From Podarcis melisellensis (lineage: Eukaryota): 64,000 bases of DNA. The notes beneath the pieces are model-generated. The model saw only the letters and a program-made list of their open reading frames with translations. It was not told the DNA's origin and did no database searches. The DNA is taken from assembly GCA_964234715.1 (NCBI GenBank), contig OZ174275.1, one strand, 5' to 3'. How positions within the stretch are numbered: position 1 is the stretch's first letter; each line of letters starts with the position of its first letter. The translations under genes were made by a program, and so were the position numbers. This document shows positions 46,771 through 59,835 of this stretch, piece after piece.

Positions 46771-48491
46771 GGCTAGATGCACCAGGAACTAAATAGACTG
46801 CCTTTATTTTGCATATGAATGACAGCAAGTGCAGTGAGACATTCGGACATGAGGATGGCCCAAATGCTAACAATACTATCTGACTACCAGTTAGTAGAAA
46901 CAAACCATTCACTCCCCTCTTGCACAGTCCTCAGCTGGCTTATTTATCTCTCAGGGAAGCAGCATATTCCTCTTGTAAGTACGCCTGCCTTGAGGCTTGC
47001 AGGGGACAATAATCAAGACACACAGCGTTCCATATGATGGTTTTCCCTTGGGTGGTCTCTTACCAAATAATAATTAACTAGCGTTTGTGAAGCTCTGTCA
47101 GATGTCCAGATGAAAGACTCTCTGGACGTGTGTAGCGTTAATCATTGTAATAGCCCAGCCCAGCCCAGCTTAGCTTTTAAAATTCTGCACAGCCCAGCAT
47201 AGGCGATGCTGAGTTTCCAGCTAATAAATGCTCTGTGACTAAAGTATGAATAATCCTCTGAGTTAAAAAAGCACTCCCAAATTAAGGAGACCTCATTAAG
47301 AAGAAGTGTCCCTCTGTTAACTAGTGGGAAACTGAGGCACGCAATGTGGAGCAATTCATCAGTCGGAAGCGGAGCAAGGATTAATACTCAGCAGTTCCCA
47401 GGACTGTGCTAAAGGCTAATTGGGCATTTCCCTTCTTATGTACTTTCATGAGAACATTAATTGCCACTGATATCCCCATTGATGTTCAGCAGCAACAATG
47501 CCCCAGGTAGAGGAATCTGGGGGAGGGGCAGGAGTGTGTATTTTTATTATTTCTTATGATGTTTGGCCAAGAAGATTATTCATGCTAGAAGTTCAAAATT
47601 CCTGGCAGTTGTCAGATTTTGGGGGAACTAGTGATACAATGCTTTTTAACAGCCTGAGGGCTAACAGTGTACCTACCTCACTGACCTGGAGTAAAGGAAT
47701 CCTATGAAGTAATTTGCTTTTGACCGGTCACAAAAAATTGACATGGGGAGAAGTTGTTTCTCATAGAAGGTCATCCTACGGGGACCACTGCATGAGCATC
47801 CCTGAGTGGGCAACCTGTGGCCCTCCAAATACTGCTGAACTATAATTCCCATCAGCCCTGACCACTGACTGATACTGATGGGAGTTGGACTCCAGTAACT
47901 TCTGAAGAGTCGCAGGTTGCTTACCCTCCAGCTTACCTGGGTTGCTTACCCAGCCATCTGTGACTCATGTCAGGCTGTTTCCAAACAAAACCCAATTGTG
48001 GTGCAAGGTTCAGGGTACCTTACAAATCCAAGCTACACACAGATTGTGATGATTCTTGTGATGGTTTTCCCCTGATCAATTGGTAGACCTCATTGGATCA
48101 GTGGAGGCACCACAGTCCAACTTGTATTGGGCCACCTTTGTCCACACTTCTGACTTAACACTGTAGCACTGAACAAGCCACCAGGGAAGGTGCTTTGAGG
48201 ACATTTCCCCAACACATTCTGTTTCCTTTAGAGGTGATGGGGAGACAGAGCAGAACGGGCCCAACCCGAAGCAGTGAATTTTAGTAAAGTGGCAGAAAAT
48301 CCTTTCCCCTTCTGCCATCCATATTCTGGCCTTTGCTCTTTTCCTTCTCTGATGAAATCTCCAAGATAGGGTCAAGGGTGGGTCATCTGGATAGAGATGG
48401 GCCTGGACTTATCTTTCCCATGTCAGCTGGCTACAAGACTAAAGATACTTCTGGATGTGATTTTGGGCACAAAGGAAATACAAGGATGGCA

Positions 48492-48496
<5 letters not shown>

Positions 48497-48546
<50 letters not shown>
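48497..48546. repeat. (TC)n microsatellite
   Basis: Directly visible. Confidence 0.95.
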
Positions 48547-48548
<2 letters not shown>

Positions 48549-48652
48549 TCCCATTGCATGAATACTTCAGTATGAACTTTCCTTTATGTACTGATGCTCT
48601 TGACATTAGAAAATGTGAGACTGCCAGCCTTTAAATGAAGTATAAAACCAGA

Positions 48653-48776
48653 CAGCCTTCCTCAACTTGGTGCCCTCTCCATATATTACTGGACTACAAC
48701 ACCCATCTACCCCAGTCAGGGATAATTGGGAGCTGTAGTCCAACACTTCTGAAGGGCACCAAGCTGGGGAAGGTTG
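48653..48776. mobile_element. hAT MITE, degraded
   Basis: cagccttcctcaacttggtgccct / agggcaccaagctggggaaggttg TIRs. Confidence 0.75.
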
Positions 48777-51544
48777 AAACAAAGAAACTTGTGGCAGCTT
48801 AAAGACTAACACTATGGCATAAGCTTTCAAGGAGTTAGTCTACTTTAGCAGACGCATGAATTAAGACAATGTCTGTGCAAGGCATTTTGTGTGATCTATC
48901 ATTGAAAATAACATGAGGAGGTCCTGTTGTTTTTCTGTAACCTATTGCTGCCATTCCTCTTCCTGGCTCCTCTTCCTTCCTCTTCCATGCCAAACCAGAA
49001 TTCCTGGAAAATGTAACTCAGCCGAACTAATTATAGAGTCTGTACTAATTAGTGCGAGGGCATAGTGGTATAGGCACTAATTTGGTTTGTGCCACTGGCA
49101 CTGATCCTGCTAGTCCATTTGGGTTAGCAACAATCAGCACAGGGATCGCCATCAGTCCTGGAATCATTGCACCTGAAACTCATAAAACTCTTGATCTGAG
49201 AGTGCCCTTAGTAGGCGAAAGACACCTTTCCCACAATTAATCTGCACAAGTGCTTCACAATGTGCATCTTCCTGGTTATTGCTCTACCCCACCCCTCACT
49301 CATATACTGATTTGGTCTAGCCCGTCTATCTACCTCACTAATTTCTTCTGGAAAATGTACTTTCTGACTTTGTGCGCTACCATGGCTGTTGAATAGTCTC
49401 GTCACAAGTTCTCTCCCCCTCCCAATTTTTTATATTTTGCACAGCAAAGCAAAAAATCTGTTTTCTCAGAAGCTTCACATGTTGTATTGCACAACACAGC
49501 ATTATTTAAGAAAATCCTGCAATCTCAAGAGAATATACCACACACACACACACACACACACATTGAAAATGTTTGAAAACTACACCTGCAGTGATGCCAG
49601 GTGTGAGTTCAACTTACTGAACTCACAGTACACACAGAACCCCCTTGCCAGCACTGATGTAGCTGATTGACAGTCCTGTTTCACTGAAAACCACAGCTGC
49701 CTTAGGGTGAGTCATGGGAGACCAGATGAAAGAAGGACAGGGCTCCTGTTCCTTGGGCAGTTTTGCAGGGGAATTAATTCTGATAGGTTTTGATTAATTT
49801 TCACCTATGATTGAAAGCTTTCCAATATTCTCTCTCCTGTGCAACCATAAAGGGAGAGGAGTCCACCTCACCTGTTGTCCTTTGCATTCAGTCACCCAAA
49901 GTAAAACTGTCATGAGAACTGGCCCTTTCACAGAGAAGGTGCTCCATCCCTACCCTAATAATCCCTTACCTGACTTTGGTATCAGACACGGAGACTGCAT
50001 GACCGTTAGTCCCATGCACAAGGGAGGCCACCGATATTTTACATATCTCTACAATAGGAGAAGATGGCAAAGTTCTCATATAATTGGAAACTGTTCCCAC
50101 AGTTTGAGCTGTGAATTTAAAGAGTCCGGCATGGGCAGCGCACACAGGCATTCTCAGATAATTAATTGCACTATGCTAGTTTCTGCCTACAAGAAACCAT
50201 TTCCACTTTGCCTTTTCTGCCAAAAACCTTTTCTGCACATCTACTATGGAATCTTGTGTGTTCCGGAGCAGAAATCCAGAGCATCAGGCCTAGCGGCCAA
50301 ATGTCGCCCTCCAGCCCATCTCACCCTTCAGCCACACTCACTCTCCAGACATATCCCTTCTCCCTAGGTCACAGCTCTCGCCAGCCTTGCTTAATACCCT
50401 CCTTGAGTGTTTCTGCCTGGCTGGAATGTCTCCTTGATCTCTGGGCACTTTCAGGCTGTCATTAATTTCAGGCAGCATTCAATCACGTTTCAACAAATTC
50501 AGGTTGCACAATTAAAGTGAATTAGAGCTCTTGCGCAACAAACTTACCTTCCCCCCAGAACAAAACCCAGACATTTTGCAATAAGGAAAGCTGACCTCCC
50601 TGCATACTTCCTGCAAACTAATTAGGATGAATGTTCAATACACAGGTCATCTGAATGTGACTTGTGATAATTACTGTTGGATGGAGGAGTGTGTTTGTGT
50701 GGAAGCTAGCCTACTGTAGAAATTGTATCTCTGCTGTCCAGTATGTTGATGATGGATTTGCACAAGCTGTTGTCATGAAGAATTCCATATGCACTCAGGG
50801 TTGATTTCTGCTTTTCAGTGGAATGGCCCAGAAATGACCTCTTTCAATATGTCCATGCACAGATAGCATCAAACATACCATACAACGCTGACATCTGTGT
50901 AGCAAAGGTACATGCAAAATACCTGTATCTTGCTCTTAGGTGATGAAAGAGAACTGCAGGGCAGCTCCGGACAACTGGTTAAACTGGAGACATTGAGGCA
51001 AGCAGCCAGACCCTTCACATAAAAGTGCCCATGCCACCATAAGTCAATGGCAACTTCTTGAAACCCACCTGCCAGCCTTTCCAGCTGCTGTGGTTTAAGT
51101 TCCCTCTCGACTCAAATTTCTCTCCCACAGTCAGTCACAAAAGCATTGAAATCTACCCTTGCAGAGCAATCAATAAACTTTTGTCCCCACCTAAGGACCA
51201 AATCAGCCTTGTCATGAAAGGGAAAGAGAAGGAGGGAAAGCGTGAGAGCTGCTTCCAATGAAAAGCTGTGAACCGTCAGCAACAGAGAAGGCTTAATGCA
51301 TAAGTGCCAAAAAATAAAAATAAAAATTACCAGGAGGTAACTGAAGCTGCAGGTGGAAGACGTTTCGAACAAATATTATGCATGTTGAGGACTGGTTGTT
51401 AAATGTTTTTATAGCACTTACAACATATAAAGTAAGTTTTAGCTAGATCATGTTCACAAGGAATCAGGAAAGTAGGTAATGAATGAGATGCTTCGACTGT
51501 GTACACATTACCGGCTTTAAAATGCATCTAGGTATAAAAGATCC

Positions 51545-51840
51545 TTTCCAAAAAACCCAGAAGCTTTTCGAAAAACAAGTGTTGATGTATGCGACCACGG
51601 CTACATGGATTTTACTTGCACTAAAGTGGAGAACAGACGTAGTTCCAACAAAAGAGGAGTGGCATCATAAACTGCTGGAATACATGGAACTAGTGGGTAT
51701 GACTAATAGAATTAAGAAACAGAGATGAAAAAGAACTTGAAGAGGATTGGATGCTATATATAGAATATATGAAAATTTATTATAATAAGACAACCTAGCA
51801 GGATGAGCATAATTCAGCAGTGTAAGTTATAACATGAGAT
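51545..51840 (+). mobile_element. L1-clade LINE ORF2 C-terminal fragment
   Basis: LMYATTATWILLALKWRTDVVPTKEEWHHKLLEYMEL; homologous copy at 60935. Confidence 0.7.
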
Positions 51841-53788
51841 AAAGAGAAGGAGAGAGGAAAATTTGGAAGAACAAAAAGATGAGCTAGGTTGGGAACAGAG
51901 AGGAAACTAGAGAATGAGTGGAAGGAGAGAACGTAGATCAGGGACAGAGAACCTTTGACTGTGAAGAAACTGTTCAACTCAACTCTCATCACCATGCTGG
52001 CCAGGGCTGATGGGAGTCCAGCAGGATCTGGAAGGTCACAACTCCCATCAGCCCTGGCCAGAATGGTCAATGGTCAGGGATGATAGGTGTTGTAGTCCAG
52101 CAACATCTGCAGCTTGGGCTATAACATCAAAAATATGCGTATAGCTCCATGTAGTGCCGATGCATGTCCTTTTAAATATTCACATCATAATGATGGAGTG
52201 AGCTGTAAGGGCAGTCTACAGGGTCTGCACAATTATTTGCTACCTACAAAACTAGAAGCCACATACTACCACTCACCCCCTACCTCAGTAATGCTGAATT
52301 TGAGGTGAGGGGCCCATTCTCTGTGGCATACTAAGAGCTCCAACACTTGCTGGAAGAACAGTGCAACCCCAAAGGTTCTTCCTTGCTCATTAAGTGCAGG
52401 ATGATGTAATAGCTGAAGCAGGCGTGAGCCAACTGCTTTACTGCCCGAGGTATGATGTCTGTAGGATCAAGCTGCCTGGCAAGTTAATGTAGCCCTATCT
52501 CATCAACTATCTGATATGCAGCTGTAATAAGCAAGTCCTAATCTCTCAATCACGTGTGTAAATTAAAGGAATGGTGTCGACCCACCTCTGCAAACTGCTT
52601 TGAGACCTGCAGATGAAAGTTGCCAGATACAGGGAGAGAGTTATTAGTTTTGTTATTTCTCCCTATCTTGCTCTGTGCACTTTACTCCACCTCAGCTTCT
52701 AGCCTAACTCTGCTGTCTATTCCATTCATCCATCACTCTGATTATCACTGCTTCATTTCCTCATAAACAATGTACGCTGACTATCCAGCCACTTCAAATC
52801 CTTCCAGAGAAGAATTTTAATCAAACCTTCCTTACACATTGATTTCTTCTGTCATAAGCTCTTCGGAGCATGAATCTTAACGACCTTGCACAGTTAATCA
52901 AGTGCATACAGTGCTATCGACATCTACCCAATATGCCATTAAGAAGATGCTTTTGACTGAATATATCCTCGCGACTGGCTTAAGGCATGGATATGAGACA
53001 AAGGTGTACTGTTCTGAGACCCATGCTTCCCAGGGTTATATGATGAGGTCAAGCTGCAGGGACAGTGATAACTAGCAAAAAAAAAAAAAACCCAAAACAA
53101 ATGTAACTTGATTCAGTGATGATTGCCTGAGTTTTATAGGTAGCCTCCTGGAGGTGGAGGAACTGCAGCTACTGAGTTGTTTCCAGGGTTTACACCCATC
53201 AGGAAGTGAATGTAGATCTCTGTACTGAGTCCCGGGAGCACAGCATCTCCCCTTATTTCATGAATCACCACTCATGCTCAGAGAAATCAGGGGCGGAAAA
53301 TGAGTTCTGCAAGCCCAAATAGTAGTTTAATTCCATCCCGGTTGCCAGGTGAATGCAATATTGCTTATACAGTAATAAGTGGATCTCCTTTATGTTTTGT
53401 TCCAGAATATAGCAGCTTTGCACATAATGCTTTCTTCACATTTCAGGAACTACTGCTTGTCCTCCCCGCCCCCGGATTTCTTTATGTGATCACCAGGCAT
53501 CATCACAAGTAAGTTGTCCCTAGCAGCAAATCTTTTGCAGTTACTCCTGTATTTAGACTTGTGGAGGAAAATATAGACAACAACTTTATAAAACACTAGA
53601 ACATGTCATGTAATCATATGCTCTTTACTTTGAAAAGTTCCTTCCATTTCTTAATTTCGCCTGAACAGATGGTTTAGTAGATATTTGAAATGATATAGGC
53701 CTGCTTCGAACATTACTTTATAAGACACAGAAGATTTTTTACTCTTACCACATAAGATACAACCTATCATTTTGTAGGGAAATATATA

Positions 53789-54128
53789 TTGAGAGTCCCA
53801 TGGACTGCAAGAAGATCAAACCTAGCCATTCTTCAGGAAATCAGCCCTGAGTGCTCACTGGAAGGACAGATCCTGAAGCTGAGACTCCAATACTTTGGCC
53901 ACCTCACGAGAAGAGAAGACTCCCTGGAAAAGACCCTGATGTTGGGAAAGATGGAAGGCACAAGGAGAAGGGGACGACAGAGGACGAGATGGTTGGATAG
54001 TGTTCTCGAAGCTACCAGCATGAGTTTGACCAAACTGTGGGAGGCAGTGGAAGACAGGAGTGCCTGGCGTGCTCTGGTCCATGGGGTCACGAAGAGTCGG
54101 ACATGACTAAACGACTGAACAACAACAA
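53789..54128 (+). mobile_element. Bov-B (RTE) LINE, 5'-truncated
   Basis: Open frame RVPWTARRSN...LQYFGHL.RR..SLEKTLMLGK.EG.RRRGRQR.RWLD...VHGVTKSRT; (aac)n tail; TSD-like atatattg on both sides. Confidence 0.95.
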
Positions 54129-54317
54129 TATATTGTGCATCCGTTTCCCAGAAAATTTGAACGTAGAACAAAACTCCAGCATCTCATTAGATTACGAATG
54201 ACTTTGTCAGAGAGTAGATGTATGAGTAACCTTACGGGGCGTTTACCTGGATCTTCAGGTACACTCAAGTCTTAAGGAACTAATCCCAAAAGAAGCTCTC
54301 ATTTTTATTGCTTAGAT

Positions 54318-54873
54318 CAGTTGTTCTCAAGTGGTGTGGCGTGCTGGGAAGATTCAAGAACAATCAAAGAAGCATTTAAATATTTCAATGTAGTACAGTT
54401 GAGTAGTGTAGCATAGAGTATCAATATAATATTTTTATGGATAGATATGTATATGGAACAGGGATTTTCAACTGTGACAAATGTGAAAGACCAGAAAAGA
54501 GAAAGGCTTTTTGGTGTTGATGAGGATATGAGAGTTTGTTTGTCTCAAATTAGACCTAATATAAATGAGATTACCTGGCAAAAGTAACCTCATACCTTTC
54601 ACTGAGTTTGTATACATACTACATATATAAGAGGCTCTTTTATATTTTGGGAATGATTCATGTACTTATGTAGCTGCATTGTTTTATTCTTTTCGAATGT
54701 CTCATGATCATATTATAAAGTAGTTGTGTTTCTGTGCAATAAATCAAGCACTGTTATGAGTTGTTTCTCTTCTCCCCCCCCCCCCATGTATTTATCAATA
54801 ACAACTTCATTATGGTGCAAGCAAATTTTTATTCTGAAAGTTTGGCCCAGAGAGAAAACTTTGAGAACCACTG
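54318..54873 (+). mobile_element. hAT-Charlie deletion derivative retaining the transposase C-terminus
   Basis: TIR cagttgttctcaa / ttgagaaccactg; TSD gcttagat/ggttagat; internal FSTVTNVKDQKRERLFGVDEDMRVCLSQIRPNI resembles the hAT dimerization domain. Confidence 0.8.
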
Positions 54874-57800
54874 GGTTAGATGGTAGCAAATAAAACTGTC
54901 TTAACTGACCAGCAATAGTTGTTGTCATAGGTTACAAAACAAATGAAACAAGTACTGTAAAGAATTTATTTATTTATTTTCTTCATTGCTATCATGGAGC
55001 CACTCAGAAATTTTGATAATGAGGGAATAAAGGAGGCAGGAAGGATAGCCCTATGATCAAATGCCTTCCTCTGCAGGATAGAAAACCTCACACAGGAACT
55101 TACATGCCTCTGTTTAAATTGTCCTTTAATTTTTACATAATTGTTTCCCAGTGCAGTTGACACCTCCTTCCCCCATACATATATGTTTACTCCACAAAAA
55201 TCCTTGGACAAAAATGTGCTTTTATTCTTCAGATTAATCCCTAAATAAATGCCAACAGCTGCACGCATCCTTGAGCAGGTGGTTAATCCTCAAGGAAAAT
55301 AATTGACAAGGCTGCCTCTGGGATATCCCAGAGCTCCTCTACTGAAACACTTCTTGAAATGCTTAACTGAGAGCCACCATTCTGGTTTGCTTCTTTTTTG
55401 AGGTCTACTGTACCATATTTTCTCATACAAGGGCAGCCATTTTGAAGTCATTGCATAACTTACAAATTAAAAGTCATCTTCTTCTGGCACGTAGAAATAT
55501 TCTTATGAGTTTTGCGGGGAGGAAGTAGGCTGTATGTAAGATTCTTCTAGTGTTAAAATATGAGTCAGGCTAGCTTTCTGTGTTGAGATGATAGCCTGGG
55601 TGATGGGCCATTAAGGGAAACAAATGAAAGGGGCTCTGTGTGAGAGACGGCACATGGGTGGTGCCCTCAACTCAAAGATAGTTAGAAGGACAAAGCCAGA
55701 AGGGTCAGCAGTAGGTAGGGCCAAGCCCATCACCCATTCTCCATACCTAGGTGAATCACACAAACTCTTGTGTGTGAGAGAAGGATGAAAGGAATATGCC
55801 TTTTTTTTTAATGTTTTTATTGGTTTTTTCACAATAAAAACCAATAATTATATTATGTGGAATATGCCTTTTTTCAGGGAGAGATGGTGGAATAAAGCAG
55901 TAGTGAGGCAGTAAGGAAAGGAGGAGCTCTGTGTTCTGAACATCTTCTCTAGTTCTCACTTTGTTTGACAGACTCACTCCTTCACACACAGTTCCGTGCT
56001 CCAGGTGAACAAAAGAAAATAGCTTGTGCTGAGAGAAAAGCGACTGCCTGCCAAATAAAGGGCGAGTTTGCCAGTTTTAGTAGAAAGCAGGCAACACGTT
56101 TGTGTCTCTTATCCTGGCCTAGCTCTTACAAGGCCTACGATGGGGTGTGCGTGTAACTCTAGTCTCAGCCTCCCCCTCAGGAGAGGGTGGTGACGTGAGT
56201 TGGCCTGGTGGAGGAAAACCGTCACAGCACAAGTCAGCACTTGCCCGGTACGGCTTGCTGCTGCCGCTGCTGGAAACAGACATTACTATCCCAGCTGCCT
56301 TGACTGTCTGGTAATCAACTGGATTCCTCCTCAGGTGAAAAAAGCAAGGGCCGAACCAGATGCATTTGTTTTGAAATGCGCACTTGCTGGTTTGGCGAGC
56401 AGGAAGGTATCTACTTTTATCACTAAATGGACCATGGGGGGCAATGGGAGCAAAAAACTGCCTCCTCCCCAGCTTTGCTGTCCTGCATTCACCTGCTGGA
56501 AGATCACCCCCACCCTACCCCAATAATACCCCAGTAATTTCCTTGGTATTGCAGCTGGGCTAGGGGTGGAATTAAAGTAACAAAGCACAGAGAAGGAAGG
56601 CAGAGGAGGGGGCAGTTTCCCCCCTGCTGTCAGCAACTCAGTTTAGTGATAAAGGCAGAGCACCCACTTTCACTTTATAGCCAAATAAAAGAGCATGTGT
56701 TTAGCAAACACCCTGCATCTGAGCTTGACTCTGATTCGGATCACTGGCTCCCCACAGCTCAGGGATCTCTTCCAGCACTACCTGCCCATGTTTTCCTTTG
56801 TAGGAAACACACAGTGTGTATGTCAAGTGCAATGAATCCCCAAACCATTCTCCTCCGGTGTGGCTTGGAGGCAGCAGCTGATTGACTAATAAAACAGGCA
56901 GGACTGAATTTAAATGCCAGCTCTGCCCTCCAATGTGAAATGCAGCCAACTTTGGCAATTTCTAAAGTATGCTACCTTTCCATGTGCAAGTTAGGTCTCG
57001 CATACAAAGCCTGTGGTTGACCACACCCAGCCACAGGCCTGGGAACCCCCCTCTAGCCATCCCAATATCTGTGTATACACTCCTAATTGCTCTGCGTTCA
57101 GTGTGCTGCCACTGCTGGCTTGGGTTTACATACAATGTTCTTCACAATCCATATCTGTCCTGTTGTTTCTTGGCCAATACTGTGTTCTGATGCATTGAGA
57201 AAAAGAACAACTTAGATGCTTTTCTAGTTAATAATGTGTACACAGCCTAAGAAAACTGATAGCTGAAAAGCAGTAGGTGGCTGCCTAGGAAACACTGACC
57301 AGTATTCTTAGTGGTGTGAGTAGTATGATTCTCTTGCTACTACTGTTGGGCTTGTGGCCTCGTCCAACCTCCATTAACCACAGCCATTTAGAACTCTCCT
57401 TTCCGAGTTTATCTGTGCCTCACCTTTAACATTAATATAGAACTACTATATATTTTGGAAAATGATTTGTCTGTTCTCTATGCACTTGAACACCTCTTAA
57501 GATATTGTAACCAAATTTTTCATGATGGTTCTTGAAATCAAGAAGCAGGTTTTTGTCTGTTTGAAAAAAAATAGATGCCTTTCAAAATTGCAGTCAACCT
57601 TTCAACCACCGATTTCAAAACTTCACTGGGGTTTTCTTTGGTTTCATTTCTTAGATTTCCTGAGCAATGTTGGACACTTGACACTAGTACTCTTCTGTGA
57701 AGAACTCCAGAAAGAAAATCCCATACTTTGCCCAGACTACAGAGAAAATTGTGCTCATTGTACCATTGACCAACTTTCCCCATAGGGGATGGGAGAGGTC

Positions 57801-58479
57801 AATGTGGTAATGATAGCAACTATTTCATTTACTTTATTGAGGAACACTTATAAACTAATTGCTGTGATAATAAATCTCAAAGCTGTGTGCAATATAAAAC
57901 ATAAAAATGTAATAAAACCATTATTATAAACCCTGTGTCACTAACACAACATCCAAACTTATGAGCTACAGGACCAAGTATTAAATTGTGCAGCAGCACC
58001 ACCACCAGCAGCAGCAGTAGCACACTCAGAATGTGAGCGCAGAGGAAAATTCTGTCCACAGAAGATCTAAAAATGGGTCTGCCATGCCCCCACAGAACTA
58101 TGGTGTGTGAGAGAGGTCTGCTTCCATCACCAAAGGGGATATGCACCTCCCTACTCTGCTGCTTTAATTCTTCCTGCTCCCGGCCCATCTCTGATAGAAG
58201 ATTACATCAACATTTACAACACATTACAACACACATAAATAAAAGTTGAATGTTCAAAGTTAATAGCTTATCGCGGTACTTTCACTCTACCACTGAACCT
58301 TATGAATACATACAACACACCTGCCATACCCATGTACCTTTGGCAGTGCTTATTCCGCAACTAGGGCAGTTGACTCCCCTTTTCCTTGTCATTCCTATTT
58401 CTTTAATGCTGTGTCTGCAGCAGTTCCTCCTTTTTTCCAGTACAGGAAAGATTCTGGCAGAAGCTGCTTCTGATTTAAA

Positions 58480-59835
58480 TCTCCTCCCACTGTTAGCACC
58501 AGACCAGCTAGTTCTGCCTTGATCTCTACCAGCTTCTCATCACCATCTATCCTCAGCTCCCTGATCTTCTTTTTCATACACACTATCCCTGGGTGACCTC
58601 ATCATAGCCATTGTTTTTAGTACTACTTGTACTCAGATGACACCCATCTCTGCCTCCCCTGTAATTCAGTCCCACATCTCCAGCTTCCTCTCCAATATCT
58701 CTGCTTGCCAACATCTTAAACTCATTATGTCCAAGACTGACCACCTCATCCTTCCAAGCCCTCCTTTGCACTCATGCTTTCCTTATCCCTTGGCAATGTT
58801 ACTACCCCACCCCCCATTGATCAGGCACATAGCTTTGACTTTATTATTGACTTCTCTCTCTCTCCCTTATTCCCCATATTGAGTCTGTGGTCAAGTCATG
58901 TCACTTCTCCCTTTATATCATTGTAAAAATGTGGCTCTTCCTCTTTGTCCTCTGAGCAAAGCTTCTGGTCCATGCCCTGATCATCTCTTGCTAGGCAGCT
59001 ACAATCTTCTCCTCCTTGGTCTTCCATTGCTTCCTCTTAATCCCCTTGCATCTACCAGGCATTCTTCTGCCAAAATAATACACCTTTCTCATCATTCTGA
59101 TCACATGAAATGTGATCCCTAAAACCCTAAAACCCTCCTTTGACTTCCTGTCCTAGAAAAAAAAAAGCATAGCTCAGTGGTTGAGCATCTGTTTTGCATG
59201 GTTCCAGATTCAGTCCTGAAAATTTCCAGGTACAACTGGGAGGGACCCTGTCAGAAACCGTGGAGAGCTTCTGCCAGTCAGTGTGGATAATACTGGACTC
59301 CTTTGTGAGGGAGGGTGGGGTATTATTAATAATAATAACAACAATAATCTTGATGGACCAATTATCTGACTTGGTATAAGGCAGCTTTCAATGCTATCAG
59401 TTCAGCACAAATTATTATTACCCTTACTTCTGAAACCCTCCATCCCCTATCTCTCACATATATCCCTGTCCATTTGTGATCTTCCCCCCGCTGTCCTGAG
59501 CCATGTGAAGTTCTGTTCCCTGAAAAGACTCCACCCTTTCTCTCTTGCTGCCCCACATGCTTGAAATTACCTCCCAGAACTGCTGCAGGATGCCACTTCT
59601 CTTGATTCCTTCAAATCCCTTTCATTGGCACCTTTGGTTCCATCTCCCAGTTCTCATGCCCTGCTATAGGTCAGCCTTTGCCTAGGTGCATGCAGTTGCA
59701 TACTGCTTCTATGTTGATCCAGCCTCTATGTTCCTCCCCTTCATGTGTTGTTTCCACTGTGATGAATTTTAGATTGTAAGCTCCGCAGAACAGAGAGATG
59801 TCCTCTTCTACTGTGTAAAGTGTGTGTACCTTAGT
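58480..59835 (+). mobile_element. Old L2 LINE 3' region with nested SINE at 59168-59395
   Basis: Pyrimidine-rich RT remnants (aaactcattatgtccaagactga) and L2-type tail tagattgtaagctcc...tgtaaagtg...tggtgcaatataaa. Confidence 0.75.

Noticed and set aside
49807-50367. 186-aa + strand ORF
   Set aside because: No domain or codon signal; composition is typical of random non-coding ORFs.
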